In this document: positions 1-8,848 of the stretch, piece by piece | How positions within the stretch are numbered: position 1 is the first letter of the stretch | How the letters are laid out: every line of letters begins with the position of its first letter | Source of the DNA: Promethearchaeota archaeon | GTDB taxonomy: Archaea; Asgardarchaeota; Hermodarchaeia; Hermodarchaeales; Hermodarchaeaceae | Length of the DNA: 32,000 bases | Direction: 5' to 3' | Assembly (NCBI GenBank): GCA_048938295.1 | Contig: JBHLMI010000017.1 | Span: 1 to 32,000 of the forward strand | Made by a program: the position numbers and the translations under genes | The notes under the pieces: model-generated | Database searches by the model: none | Seen by the model: the letters and a program-made list of their open reading frames with translations, nothing else | Told to the model about the DNA's origin: nothing

Positions 1-83
1 TGTGCAACTATTCCGATATTGCGTATGTGGTCAGGATTTCTCATCAGTTCAAGCAATTCATCAATGCGCTGTTGACTAGTCAT
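1..83 (-). CDS. fusA: Translation elongation factor EF-2 family GTPase, N-terminal fragment (runs off window start)
   Basis: Not in the ORF track. Hand translation from ATG at 83 gives MTSQQRIDELLELMRNPDHIRNIGIVAH, the archaeal EF-2 IRNIGIVAH(IDHGKT) G1 lead-in. GGAG Shine-Dalgarno lies about 8 nt upstream. Confidence 0.88.
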   Translation of the reverse strand, partial: MTSQQRIDELLELMRNPDHIRNIGIVA

Positions 84-189
84 ATAGATACTCCAATATC
101 CATGGCTGGTTGAAGTGGCAATCTAGTAGAAATTACCCATTAACTACTAAATAATATGTGGCTGGGTTCTTGGTCTGTAATAATTTATT

Positions 190-1869
190 CTATACCCGTA
201 TCAAAACTGTTTGTTCAAATATTATCATTGTGAGTTGGATTGTACCCAGCGTAGTTATACCATCTTGTGCAATAAGGTGGAAACTGTGAAGCCCAAGACT
301 GTAGGTACTATCGATTAACCATGAGAGGGTGGCATATCCTGAGATATTAGTACACGCAATTTCCCATGTATTATTCGAACTGAGTTCAACCAAGTGTAGT
401 GAAATGTTGAATAATCCCTGGAAGTCTAACGTTGTAAGCTGCACAAGGTAAGATACGTTAGTGGGCCGAACAATCTCGAGCGTGGAATTACAAATAAAGC
501 GAATATCACCAGTATTGATTACCGTAAGTTCAGCTTCCCCGTCATTGAATTCAGGGTCACCTTGAAAAACAACCTTAAATCGAAAATCCTGGTTTCCCAT
601 GCTTTGCGCTTGCCAATAAAACTCTGCGCTACCGTTCTGATCTAATGCTATCTGCCTTAGCAAATTCCACACAGATTGGTTGTATAAGAAGACAGAACAG
701 ATTTTATCTGTAATGGGAACTTGGGAGGATGTATCGATTACTATAAGCGAAAAACCGATGTAGTCGCCATAGGCTGCCTCTGAGCGGTTTGAAATGAAGT
801 TTATTTGGGCTTGACGGTGAACTACTTCTAGCGCTATGGTTGAATTAACAGGATCATGATTAGGTGCAACTGCAGCCACCTTGATAGTATAGTTGCCCGG
901 GGTTGATGGCCCATGTATGACGGCAGAAAACTGATTCGGTCCAAAGTAACCCATTGTTGTGGAGTTAGTTCCTAGACTACAGGTAACATTTGCGTCCTCT
1001 AAGGTATGGCTTATCTCCTGGCAATTAAGGTTAGCTAAGACGAGTACGGAACAATTATCCGCAAAGGGGTAAAACGCTTCAATCGTTGAGGCATTTGATG
1101 TAGTAGTTAGTGAAAGGCCAGCTTTACTAATCGCGAACGGTTCTGTTTTAGATACAGCATTATAATCATCTGAATAAAGTGCAGAGATGTTTACTATGAA
1201 CTCACCTGTACCTAGTTCCGTCGTATCAATGGTGTGGCTAAAAGAATTGGTCAAATTTGTTTGCAAGTTCCAATAACAAAGTGACGTACTGTTTTGACTT
1301 ACTGAAATCAGTACTGGGTGATTGGAGACCAACAGTGAAGCATTATGCAGGTTTGTAATCAACCCTTCGATGCTGAAGTGGTCATGAAAAGTAACTTGAG
1401 ATGGCAGTGGATTATTTGTGAGTATGAGTTCGCCTCGTTGAACGGTAAACGGTTGCTGAACTGAGTCTGTCATCGATCCAACAGAATCTTGTACCCAACC
1501 TTCTACATGAACATATCCCGACTGGCCGGTTGTATTTGGAGCCCAATCATTTGGGGAAACATCAAAGGTCATTAGTTTATGGACATCAAACCCGCTTTCA
1601 GTAAATTCTTTAGAGTAGATTGGTAACGGGGTTCCGTAAACATGGATTGAAACACTTATCGACCCAACTCCTAATGGATCCATCAGGTCAAAGTCTAAAT
1701 CGTAGACGAGGTTCACCTGTATTTGTTCACCGATTTCAAAAGACGACTGGTTCAAAGTGACTGAGACAATTTGGACAAAGCAATCTTGAGTTAATATGGT
1801 GTTGTGTGAAAATGAGAGTGGGAGGACAAGAAAAGCACATAACAATATTAGGGTTGATAAACGCTTCAT
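190..1869 (-). CDS. Secreted or cell-surface beta-rich protein, probably several Ig-like domains
   Basis: 559 aa. N-terminal signal peptide (MKR plus hydrophobic stretch), Ser/Thr/Asn-rich, many N-x-S/T sequons, repeated beta-strand patterns, no C-terminal TM anchor. Confidence 0.6.
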   Translation of the reverse strand: MKRLSTLILLCAFLVLPLSFSHNTILTQDCFVQIVSVTLNQSSFEIGEQIQVNLVYDLDFDLMDPLGVGSISVSIHVYGTPLPIYSKEFTESGFDVHKLMTFDVSPNDWAPNTTGQSGYVHVEGWVQDSVGSMTDSVQQPFTVQRGELILTNNPLPSQVTFHDHFSIEGLITNLHNASLLVSNHPVLISVSQNSTSLCYWNLQTNLTNSFSHTIDTTELGTGEFIVNISALYSDDYNAVSKTEPFAISKAGLSLTTTSNASTIEAFYPFADNCSVLVLANLNCQEISHTLEDANVTCSLGTNSTTMGYFGPNQFSAVIHGPSTPGNYTIKVAAVAPNHDPVNSTIALEVVHRQAQINFISNRSEAAYGDYIGFSLIVIDTSSQVPITDKICSVFLYNQSVWNLLRQIALDQNGSAEFYWQAQSMGNQDFRFKVVFQGDPEFNDGEAELTVINTGDIRFICNSTLEIVRPTNVSYLVQLTTLDFQGLFNISLHLVELSSNNTWEIACTNISGYATLSWLIDSTYSLGLHSFHLIAQDGITTLGTIQLTMIIFEQTVLIRV

Positions 1870-2153
1870 TCTGGTCTTTTACTTAGATAGGCATAATTAA
1901 ACCCCTCAAAAGCTCTGCTAATACCAGTAACGTGGATTTATTGTATGCTTTCTGTTTGAAGATGTACAGGTTTCTCTATTGAGTACCTACCCAGCTAGTT
2001 GATCTCTTTCTTTGCAAGTCAATGATGAAAGATAGGTGTTTGGCAAAAGCGGTATAAAATGCCTGGTATCTTCTATTCATTTTGGCGTCAAATCTTGACA
2101 CAAATCTGTCTCAAAAAGGCTTACCTAAACCAATCACAAAGATTGTTAACAAG

Positions 2154-2543
2154 TCACGTGGTTTTCAGACGAAGGCTAATTGCCATGCCAGAATGAAGCG
2201 ATGAGAAGACCTCTTCAAAATCAATCTGTACTACTTTACCCAAAGGGTTGACTTTCCCGTAAGGAGCCATTTTCTCAAAGAAAATACAAATAGCGTCACC
2301 TTGAGGCCAATATGCAACATCACCTGCTTCGCACGAAGATAAAGCCTTCTCAGAACCCATTCGGATACCAATTTCGAAGTATAACTCCTTTTTCCAGAGA
2401 TGAATTCTACTGTTAATTGGGAGTATCTTCAAGATCTTGTCAATCGTACGGGGGGCTAAAACTTGTCGTAATACGCCTTCGATTATCTGATTACCACTAA
2501 GGACGAATTCAATAGGAATTGTCGATGAGAATTGGGCGCACAA
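2154..2543 (-). CDS. Cyclophilin-like fold protein (DUF369 / TM1367-AF2241 family)
   Basis: 129 aa. Pattern APRT..KILKILP...W.KELYF...E....EAGDVAYWPQG.AICIFF....PYGKVNPLGKV is typical of this family. Confidence 0.8.
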   Translation of the reverse strand: MCAQFSSTIPIEFVLSGNQIIEGVLRQVLAPRTIDKILKILPINSRIHLWKKELYFEIGIRMGSEKALSSCEAGDVAYWPQGDAICIFFEKMAPYGKVNPLGKVVQIDFEEVFSSLHSGMAISLRLKTT

Positions 2544-2555
2544 AGCTTTTCCCCA

Positions 2556-2858
2556 TTATGCCGCTGGTTTCGAATAAAGTTTAAACTTACCTTCAGATGA
2601 AACTCGGTGAATCAATCCCTTCATCTCAAGTTCAGTCAAAACGGCTTTGGCTATGCTGACTCTTACTCCATATTTCTTTGCTATAGTACTGGGAGTAATC
2701 ACACGCATCGAGGGGATTTCTTTCTCCATTTCCTGTTTTTGCTCTTCGCTGATAATGAGTTCACGTTTGATAGTCTCATGACTGCTGCTTTTCGTTTCTT
2801 CTTTCTGTTTGGTGATATTACTCGATTGTTTTGAAATTGGTTTGTTCTTCTTGACCAT
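2556..2858 (-). CDS. rps25e: 30S ribosomal protein eS25
   Basis: Basic N-terminus followed by the winged helix KEIPSMRVITPSTIAKKYGVRVSIAKAVLTELEMKGLI. ATG at 2858 is preferred over GTG at 2873 because GGTG precedes it. Confidence 0.9.
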   Translation of the reverse strand: MVKKNKPISKQSSNITKQKEETKSSSHETIKRELIISEEQKQEMEKEIPSMRVITPSTIAKKYGVRVSIAKAVLTELEMKGLIHRVSSEGKFKLYSKPAA

Positions 2859-2904
2859 ATGACCCACCTTCACTGATGGAAGAATCTCATCCTTAAAGAA
2901 CTTT

Positions 2905-4344
2905 CTAAGCCACTTGAGCTACACTTGCTCGTTGTTGCTGAATCTGGCCTTTCTTCTCTTTCAGTAACGAAACCAGTTCTTGTCTATTTCGAATGACATG
3001 AATCCGGTTAGCTATCATTTGATTTACCTGATCTCCGTGGCTCAGTCTCCTATCTTTCGGCTGTGCTAAGAGGAAAACAATCTCTTTTGTTTCATTCCCT
3101 TCTAAGAATCTACATATCTTACGATAAAACCAATTGAATTGAAGCTGTTTTACTTGGAAAAGTATGAAGAATAACCAGTTATTGCTTTGGAAATCCACAC
3201 GAACTGGGAGCTTATCTACAAAGATTACAATGTCTTTCTGGTATGGTAATTCAGCGAGTGAGAGTTCTCTACTTACCACCTCTCTCCATAGCAACGAGTT
3301 CATTATGTCAGATGTGGATTCTTGGTGTGCACCAGTCGTGTCTTCAGTGCTAAGATCTGAAGGCCAACTTGTTGATAATAAACTGGTAATTGTTGCTGCG
3401 GCCGCTTGATAATCTGATTCGAAGTGCTCTTCTTGAATCTGGTTTCGTGACAACACGTCACCGAACAATTTCATGGATTTTGACGCAGGTATGGGTTTTG
3501 CTGAAGCCAATGCAGACTGCAATTTGTGAAGTAAACTGTTAATATTCGGATTTCCTGAAACAAGAATAAAGGAGCTAGTCATCTGCATGGTGGTCTCTAG
3601 CTTTTTAATTGGCAGAACCAACCGGAAGCTATGATTATCATCCAGTGTTTGAATAATCGAATGCAACTGTTCAAAGGATTTTGGCGTAACCACTGCGATG
3701 GCTTTCTTCGTGCTGAATGTGTCAGTTCGGATGTCAATCTGATTTCTCCTAGTACTCAAGATTTTCTGAAATCGCCCCGGGATCCCCATAGAGAAGTGTG
3801 AAGTCAATTCAGCTCCGCTAAGGAGGCGATTTGATTGTGATCCTAGAGTTTTAGTTAAACTCTTTTGGATGTTATCCAGTAGTTCACTTGCACGATTTAG
3901 GAATGAAGACTTTTCTAGCTTAATGTAAAATGAAATGAAGCATTGTTTCTCCGATGTCCATTCAACTGCAATGATAGTTGAGCTAGGCAGTACTTTGAGA
4001 AGAATTGTCAGGGCTCTCTGAGTACGGCTTTGGCTACGACTTGTATTGGAAATGTTGAATGCAAAGAATATTGCACAACGGTTCCCTCGAGATGGGAAAA
4101 CAAGAAGGCCAGTCTCAAACAGAGTATGTGACGTTATGTCGAAGGTTTCCTGTTTTTGTTCAAGGTAGAATGTTCGAATTATCAGAATGGATGAGAAAAC
4201 CACAATTAACGCTAAAATCAGACTACCAAAGCCGAGGATAGGTGTGACGAATAGAAGAATTACCACTAAGAATGAGTCAAAACTGAGAATAGTTAAGAAT
4301 CTCGAAAGTGTCTGCTCGTATCTAGAGGTAATTGAGGTCCTCAT
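2905..4344 (-). CDS. Hypothetical membrane-anchored protein
   Basis: 479 aa ORF with two N-terminal hydrophobic helices and a large soluble remainder. No family recognised. Confidence 0.55.
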   Translation of the reverse strand: MRTSITSRYEQTLSRFLTILSFDSFLVVILLFVTPILGFGSLILALIVVFSSILIIRTFYLEQKQETFDITSHTLFETGLLVFPSRGNRCAIFFAFNISNTSRSQSRTQRALTILLKVLPSSTIIAVEWTSEKQCFISFYIKLEKSSFLNRASELLDNIQKSLTKTLGSQSNRLLSGAELTSHFSMGIPGRFQKILSTRRNQIDIRTDTFSTKKAIAVVTPKSFEQLHSIIQTLDDNHSFRLVLPIKKLETTMQMTSSFILVSGNPNINSLLHKLQSALASAKPIPASKSMKLFGDVLSRNQIQEEHFESDYQAAAATITSLLSTSWPSDLSTEDTTGAHQESTSDIMNSLLWREVVSRELSLAELPYQKDIVIFVDKLPVRVDFQSNNWLFFILFQVKQLQFNWFYRKICRFLEGNETKEIVFLLAQPKDRRLSHGDQVNQMIANRIHVIRNRQELVSLLKEKKGQIQQQRASVAQVA

Positions 4345-4498
4345 CTTTCTCCTTGAATTTCTAGAAAAAAGGTCCTAAAAACATACCAAATTAGTCTTAC
4401 AATCAGAATTGGCTGAGGTTCCTTTCAACTAATGAGAAAAATTTAAGACACCTTATAACTTTGCCGAGGCTTAGACCCTCTTCTAGGAGTGCTAAATC

Positions 4499-4936
4499 AT
4501 GCCAATATTTCGAACTGACCGATATGTTAAAGTCACTGTCACGGATTTCAAGCTCACAAAATCAAGCGAAGCGCTTTTGCAAGTCCTCCAGAAAGTCACT
4601 GCTCTTCGGAATGTACAGATGACTAAGGTCCAAAGAAATCGGGAAGAGCAGGGTAGAATAAGGGTCGAAGAGTGGTACGAGATAACTGGTTCTCTTAATG
4701 TTCCAGAAGGAGGGAAGTCTTTCTGGGTTATCTCCAAGCCAAGTACTGAAAAAGAACCTTATAATTTCTTCATGCGTGTTGATCGAAACATCGAAGCGAA
4801 TAACTATGAAGATGCACAGAAAAAGGCTACTACCTGGCTTAATCGAACAATCATTAAACCATTAGATGCAGCCTTTTCGATTGCAGCTAGTAGTGTTACC
4901 CCACCTGAAGATATTAGTCAATTAGCGAGTAGGTGA
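4499..4936 (+). CDS. Hypothetical protein upstream of tfrA
   Basis: 145 aa, AGGAG SD before the ATG, ends 6 nt before the tfrA start. Confidence 0.65.
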   Translation: MPIFRTDRYVKVTVTDFKLTKSSEALLQVLQKVTALRNVQMTKVQRNREEQGRIRVEEWYEITGSLNVPEGGKSFWVISKPSTEKEPYNFFMRVDRNIEANNYEDAQKKATTWLNRTIIKPLDAAFSIAASSVTPPEDISQLASR

Positions 4937-4942
4937 ATCCTG

Positions 4943-6646
4943 GTGACCTTTGAAGTTATTGATACAGATGTGTTAGTTGTTGGCGCTGGTGGAGCAGGTT
5001 GCCGCGCGGCAATCGCTGCTTCTGATTCTAACCAAGAAGTCACTATAATTACCAAAGATATTCTGGGAAAAGCCCACACCGTTATGGCCGAAGGTGGAAT
5101 CAACGCTGCTTTGGCAAATTTAGATCCTGATGACTTATGTGAAATTCATGCTCAAGACACATGTAATGCTGGGGCATATCTTAACAATCAGCAGCTCGTA
5201 GAAATCCTAGCAGAAGAAGCTCCTCAAAGGGTCTTTGATTTAGAAAATTTTGGCGCCATCTTCTCAAGAACCCCCGATGGTCTTATTATGCAACGCCCCT
5301 TTGGCCATCAAACTTATCGACGAACATGTTATGCTGGAGACCGAACAGGTCATGAGGTTCTAGCAACATTGACCGAAGAAATTCGGAGGCGGCAAATCAA
5401 TGTCGTTGATGAAGTCTTTGCAACGGCATTGCTTCGGAATAAGAATCGAGTCGCGGGCGTTTCTGTATTAGAGATTCGCACAGGAAAGTTCCAAGTGTAT
5501 CGGGCACCTGCTATTGTCTTGGCCACCGGTGGTGCTGGTCGGATTTATAATGTGACAACAAATGCCCAAGCGGATGTTGGCAGTGGATATGCAATTGCAT
5601 ACAACGCCAATGTAGAGCTCATCGATATGGAACAGTTTCAATTCCATCCAACAGGAGCTGCCATACCTCCTGCAGCACGGGGGCGTCTCGTTACAGAAGG
5701 CGTCCGTGGTGAAGGAGGGATCCTTCTAAATAAGGATGGGGAACGGTTCATGAAGCGCTACAACCCCCGACTTATGGAACTAGCTGGGCGTGATGAAGTC
5801 GCAAGGGCAATTGCAACGGAAATCCGAGAAGGTCGAGGAACAGAAAATGAGGCCGTATACTTAGACATTTCCTTTCTTCCTACAAAAATCATCGAAGAAC
5901 GTCTCCCCACAATGCTAGAAGATTTCCTCGACATTGGAATCGATATTCGTAATGAACGAATGGAAGTGACCCCAACGGCTCACCATGTAATGGGAGGATT
6001 AAAGATCGATTCATCCACAAGAACCAATCTCCATGGTCTGTTTGCTGCAGGTGAAGTTGCTGGTGGTGTACATGGCGGAAACAGATTAGGTGGAAATGCT
6101 CTTGCTGCTGGTCAAGTATTTGGAAAAATCGCAGGGGACTCTGCAGCTGCTTATGCTGCAAACAATCCACCTCCTGCTCTTGATAGAGATGCAATAGATG
6201 TAGAATTTTCACGTTTGACAGCTCCTCTTGAAAGAGAAGATGGAATTGGTGCGGCAGAGGAAACTAAACAGCTTCAACGTAACATGTGGGATAATGCGGG
6301 GTTATTCAGAAATGAAGAAGACCTAAATGCAGCACTCAATTTTATTACCCAGCAAAATAAGCGCGTCGATTCCAAACTTACTGTGCAGAATAAGTCTTCA
6401 CGGTATAACACAGAGTGGATCACTGCACTTGAATTGCAAGACATGATCCTCGTTGCAGAAATGATTGTACGTTCAGCATTGTTACGAAAAGAGTCCAGAG
6501 GTGCACACTATCGAACGGATTATCCTTCTCTCGACAACAAACTACAGTTCAATAATATTGTTATTTCAAAACAAAGGGAGAAAATGATTCTCAAACAAAT
6601 GCCTGTAGTAATTACAAAATGGACCCCACCATGGATAAAAAACTAA
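4943..6646 (+). CDS. tfrA: Fumarate reductase / succinate dehydrogenase flavoprotein, TfrA-like
   Basis: FAD motif GAGGAG, AHTVMAEGGINA, QRPFG.QTYRRTCY.GDRTGHE, QFHPTG, TEGVRGEG, HHVMGG, HGGNRLGGNAL, RKESRGAHYR. Confidence 0.9.
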   Translation: MTFEVIDTDVLVVGAGGAGCRAAIAASDSNQEVTIITKDILGKAHTVMAEGGINAALANLDPDDLCEIHAQDTCNAGAYLNNQQLVEILAEEAPQRVFDLENFGAIFSRTPDGLIMQRPFGHQTYRRTCYAGDRTGHEVLATLTEEIRRRQINVVDEVFATALLRNKNRVAGVSVLEIRTGKFQVYRAPAIVLATGGAGRIYNVTTNAQADVGSGYAIAYNANVELIDMEQFQFHPTGAAIPPAARGRLVTEGVRGEGGILLNKDGERFMKRYNPRLMELAGRDEVARAIATEIREGRGTENEAVYLDISFLPTKIIEERLPTMLEDFLDIGIDIRNERMEVTPTAHHVMGGLKIDSSTRTNLHGLFAAGEVAGGVHGGNRLGGNALAAGQVFGKIAGDSAAAYAANNPPPALDRDAIDVEFSRLTAPLEREDGIGAAEETKQLQRNMWDNAGLFRNEEDLNAALNFITQQNKRVDSKLTVQNKSSRYNTEWITALELQDMILVAEMIVRSALLRKESRGAHYRTDYPSLDNKLQFNNIVISKQREKMILKQMPVVITKWTPPWIKN

Positions 6647-6668
6647 CCTAACCTTGAGGTCAAAATCA

Positions 6669-8237
6669 ATGGGTAAAGAACAGATGGTTAATTTTAGAGT
6701 TCAACGCTATAATCCTGATATTCAGGATAAGCCAACATATACCACCTACCATGTTCCGTACACTGACAGGCAAGGCGTGCTTGATGCTTTACATTATATC
6801 TTCCGAGAATTGGATTCCTCGTTAGCATATCGTTGGAACTGCCGGACCGGTCAATGCGGTTCGTGTGCAATTACTATCAATGGCATACCAGGTCTAGCAT
6901 GTCGAACGGTCGTTGATCCTTCTCAAGATTACGTTTTAGAACCTCTACAAAACTTCCCAGTTATTCGTGACCTCGTTGTTGACCTTGGACCCGGGTTCAA
7001 ACGATTAGACAAACTCCGACCCTATTTAGAACGGACCTCAGCTCCAGACCGTCCCGAAAAGTTGACACGGGAAGAAATTTCATCTGCGATGGAACTGCGG
7101 GCATGTATCGAATGCTTTTCTTGTTATGCTGCCTGTCCAGCAGTAGCTTCAGCGAAGCAAGAATATCCTGGCCCCATTGCCATGCGAGAATTAGCCAGTT
7201 TTGAATTCGATCCACGTGACCAAGGTGATCGGGTTCAACTTGCTGTCAGCAGTGGTCTTTACGATTGCACAAGCTGCGGTATTTGCAAAGAAGTGTGCAT
7301 TCCCAAACACATAGATACCCGGCGAACAGCCGTTGAAGGGCTCCGTGCTCTCGCAGCAGAACGAGAGATGGGTCCCCTTGAAGGTCATCAAGGATTCATT
7401 AACCAAATAAAAGAAACAGGATATGCGGTGGATGTAAAAACAACACCACTGACCGATCAATTACCAGAAGTCATCGAGGTTTCAAATCCGGTGGACGAAG
7501 TGTTATTTTTCCCCGGATGTCTCATTAACTTGCGTATTCAGCATATTGGAATGAACATCGTCGAAGTGTTGAAACGTAATAACGTTAAGGTACATATTCC
7601 CAAGGATTTTGTGTGCTGTAGTAGTGTGGCATTTCGGACTGGCGCTCGTTCCATCGCCTACGATATGGTGATTCGAAATACAGAATATTTCCGGAAACTT
7701 GGGGTATCCAAAGTCGTATCGCTCTGTCCTGGTTGTATGTCAACTATCAAACAAGACTGGCCTGTTGTGCTACACGAGATGAATAAGCCACCATACGAAT
7801 TCGAACCTTTCGATATCACAGAATATCTAGTAAACCAACTCGGCCTAGAGAAAATTAACCAAAAAGACCTCAAACCACTCCCAATTCGGGTGGTTTATCA
7901 TGATCCCTGTCATCTCAATCGGCATCAAGGCATATCTGAGGAACCCAGAAAACTAATCCGAATGATTCCTGATATTGAATTCATTGACATTGAAGACAGT
8001 GATCGATGCTGCGGAGCTGGCGGTGGCGTCCGAGCTGGGCGTCGAGATTTATCTGAAGACATCGCTGGAATAAAATTTAAGCTACTAAGCGAACCTAAAC
8101 CTGATGTTATTGCCACTTCCTGCTCTTTTTGCTACATCCAGCTAATGGACGCAGCAAAGATAGCCAATTCCGATATCAAAATCATGAATGTCACAGATCT
8201 TCTCGCAGCCTCATATCGTGGTGACACCCTCAAATAG
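6669..8237 (+). CDS. tfrB: Fe-S subunit with SdhB/FrdB domain fused to two HdrD-type CCG domains (thiol:fumarate reductase subunit B architecture)
   Basis: [2Fe-2S] CRTGQCGSC..C; CIECFSCYAACP and CTSCGICKEVC; then FPGC..CCSS..SLCPGC and YHDPCHL..CCGAGGG..TSCSFC. GAGGT SD favours ATG 6669 (track start is TTG 6654). Confidence 0.88.
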   Translation: MGKEQMVNFRVQRYNPDIQDKPTYTTYHVPYTDRQGVLDALHYIFRELDSSLAYRWNCRTGQCGSCAITINGIPGLACRTVVDPSQDYVLEPLQNFPVIRDLVVDLGPGFKRLDKLRPYLERTSAPDRPEKLTREEISSAMELRACIECFSCYAACPAVASAKQEYPGPIAMRELASFEFDPRDQGDRVQLAVSSGLYDCTSCGICKEVCIPKHIDTRRTAVEGLRALAAEREMGPLEGHQGFINQIKETGYAVDVKTTPLTDQLPEVIEVSNPVDEVLFFPGCLINLRIQHIGMNIVEVLKRNNVKVHIPKDFVCCSSVAFRTGARSIAYDMVIRNTEYFRKLGVSKVVSLCPGCMSTIKQDWPVVLHEMNKPPYEFEPFDITEYLVNQLGLEKINQKDLKPLPIRVVYHDPCHLNRHQGISEEPRKLIRMIPDIEFIDIEDSDRCCGAGGGVRAGRRDLSEDIAGIKFKLLSEPKPDVIATSCSFCYIQLMDAAKIANSDIKIMNVTDLLAASYRGDTLK

Positions 8238-8243
8238 GGTAAT

Positions 8244-8843
8244 TCAGATTCCTGCTAATCTGTAAATCCGTTCTCGATTCCTTTCGACATTTGTGCTTAT
8301 CTGCTCGAAGAGGTTCTCTCCTGTAGAATCAATGGAAACGATTAGAGGTCCGAACTTTTCTACCTCCATAATCCAAAGTGCTTCAGGCATGCCAAGGTCG
8401 AGCCATTCCGCGCTTACTATTCGACGAATCGCCTTTGCTGCTAATACAGCAGCACCACCAGTAAAGGCCCCATAAACTGCACCGAACTGCTTCATTGCCA
8501 AAGCCGTTTTAGGTCCCATTCCTCCCTTTCCAATGACAACTCGAACACCAAAGGCTTCAATGAATTTATCTTCAAACATTTCCATCCGCGTGCTTGTTGT
8601 CGGACCCGCTGCTACGACTTCCCATCCCGACGCCGTTTGTCTGACAATGGGTCCACAATGAAAGACACATAAGCCAGAAGGATCAATCGGCAACGCCCTA
8701 TTTTCTTTAGCCCATTCAAGGGCCCGCTCATGCGCTTCATCACGAGCAGTGAACATCGTCCCGGTGATATATACAATATCATTGACGCGAAGCTTTCGAA
8801 TAGCCTCTTCTGAGATTGGAGTAGTTAAGTCATAGGTTGACAT
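8244..8843 (-). CDS. Class I Fe-S fumarate hydratase (fumarase/tartrate dehydratase family), beta subunit
   Basis: GTMFTARDEAH, FHCGP, GPTTSTRM, VIGKGGM, GGAAVL, LGMPEALW, FGPLIVSIDSTG. Confidence 0.92.
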   Translation of the reverse strand: MSTYDLTTPISEEAIRKLRVNDIVYITGTMFTARDEAHERALEWAKENRALPIDPSGLCVFHCGPIVRQTASGWEVVAAGPTTSTRMEMFEDKFIEAFGVRVVIGKGGMGPKTALAMKQFGAVYGAFTGGAAVLAAKAIRRIVSAEWLDLGMPEALWIMEVEKFGPLIVSIDSTGENLFEQISTNVERNRERIYRLAGI

Positions 8844-8848
8844 GTAGA

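Noticed and set aside
133-192. Possible TAG read-through or frameshift extension of the 559-aa protein
   Set aside because: Read-through adds only 18 codons before TAA, with no anchor; the other frames stop at once.
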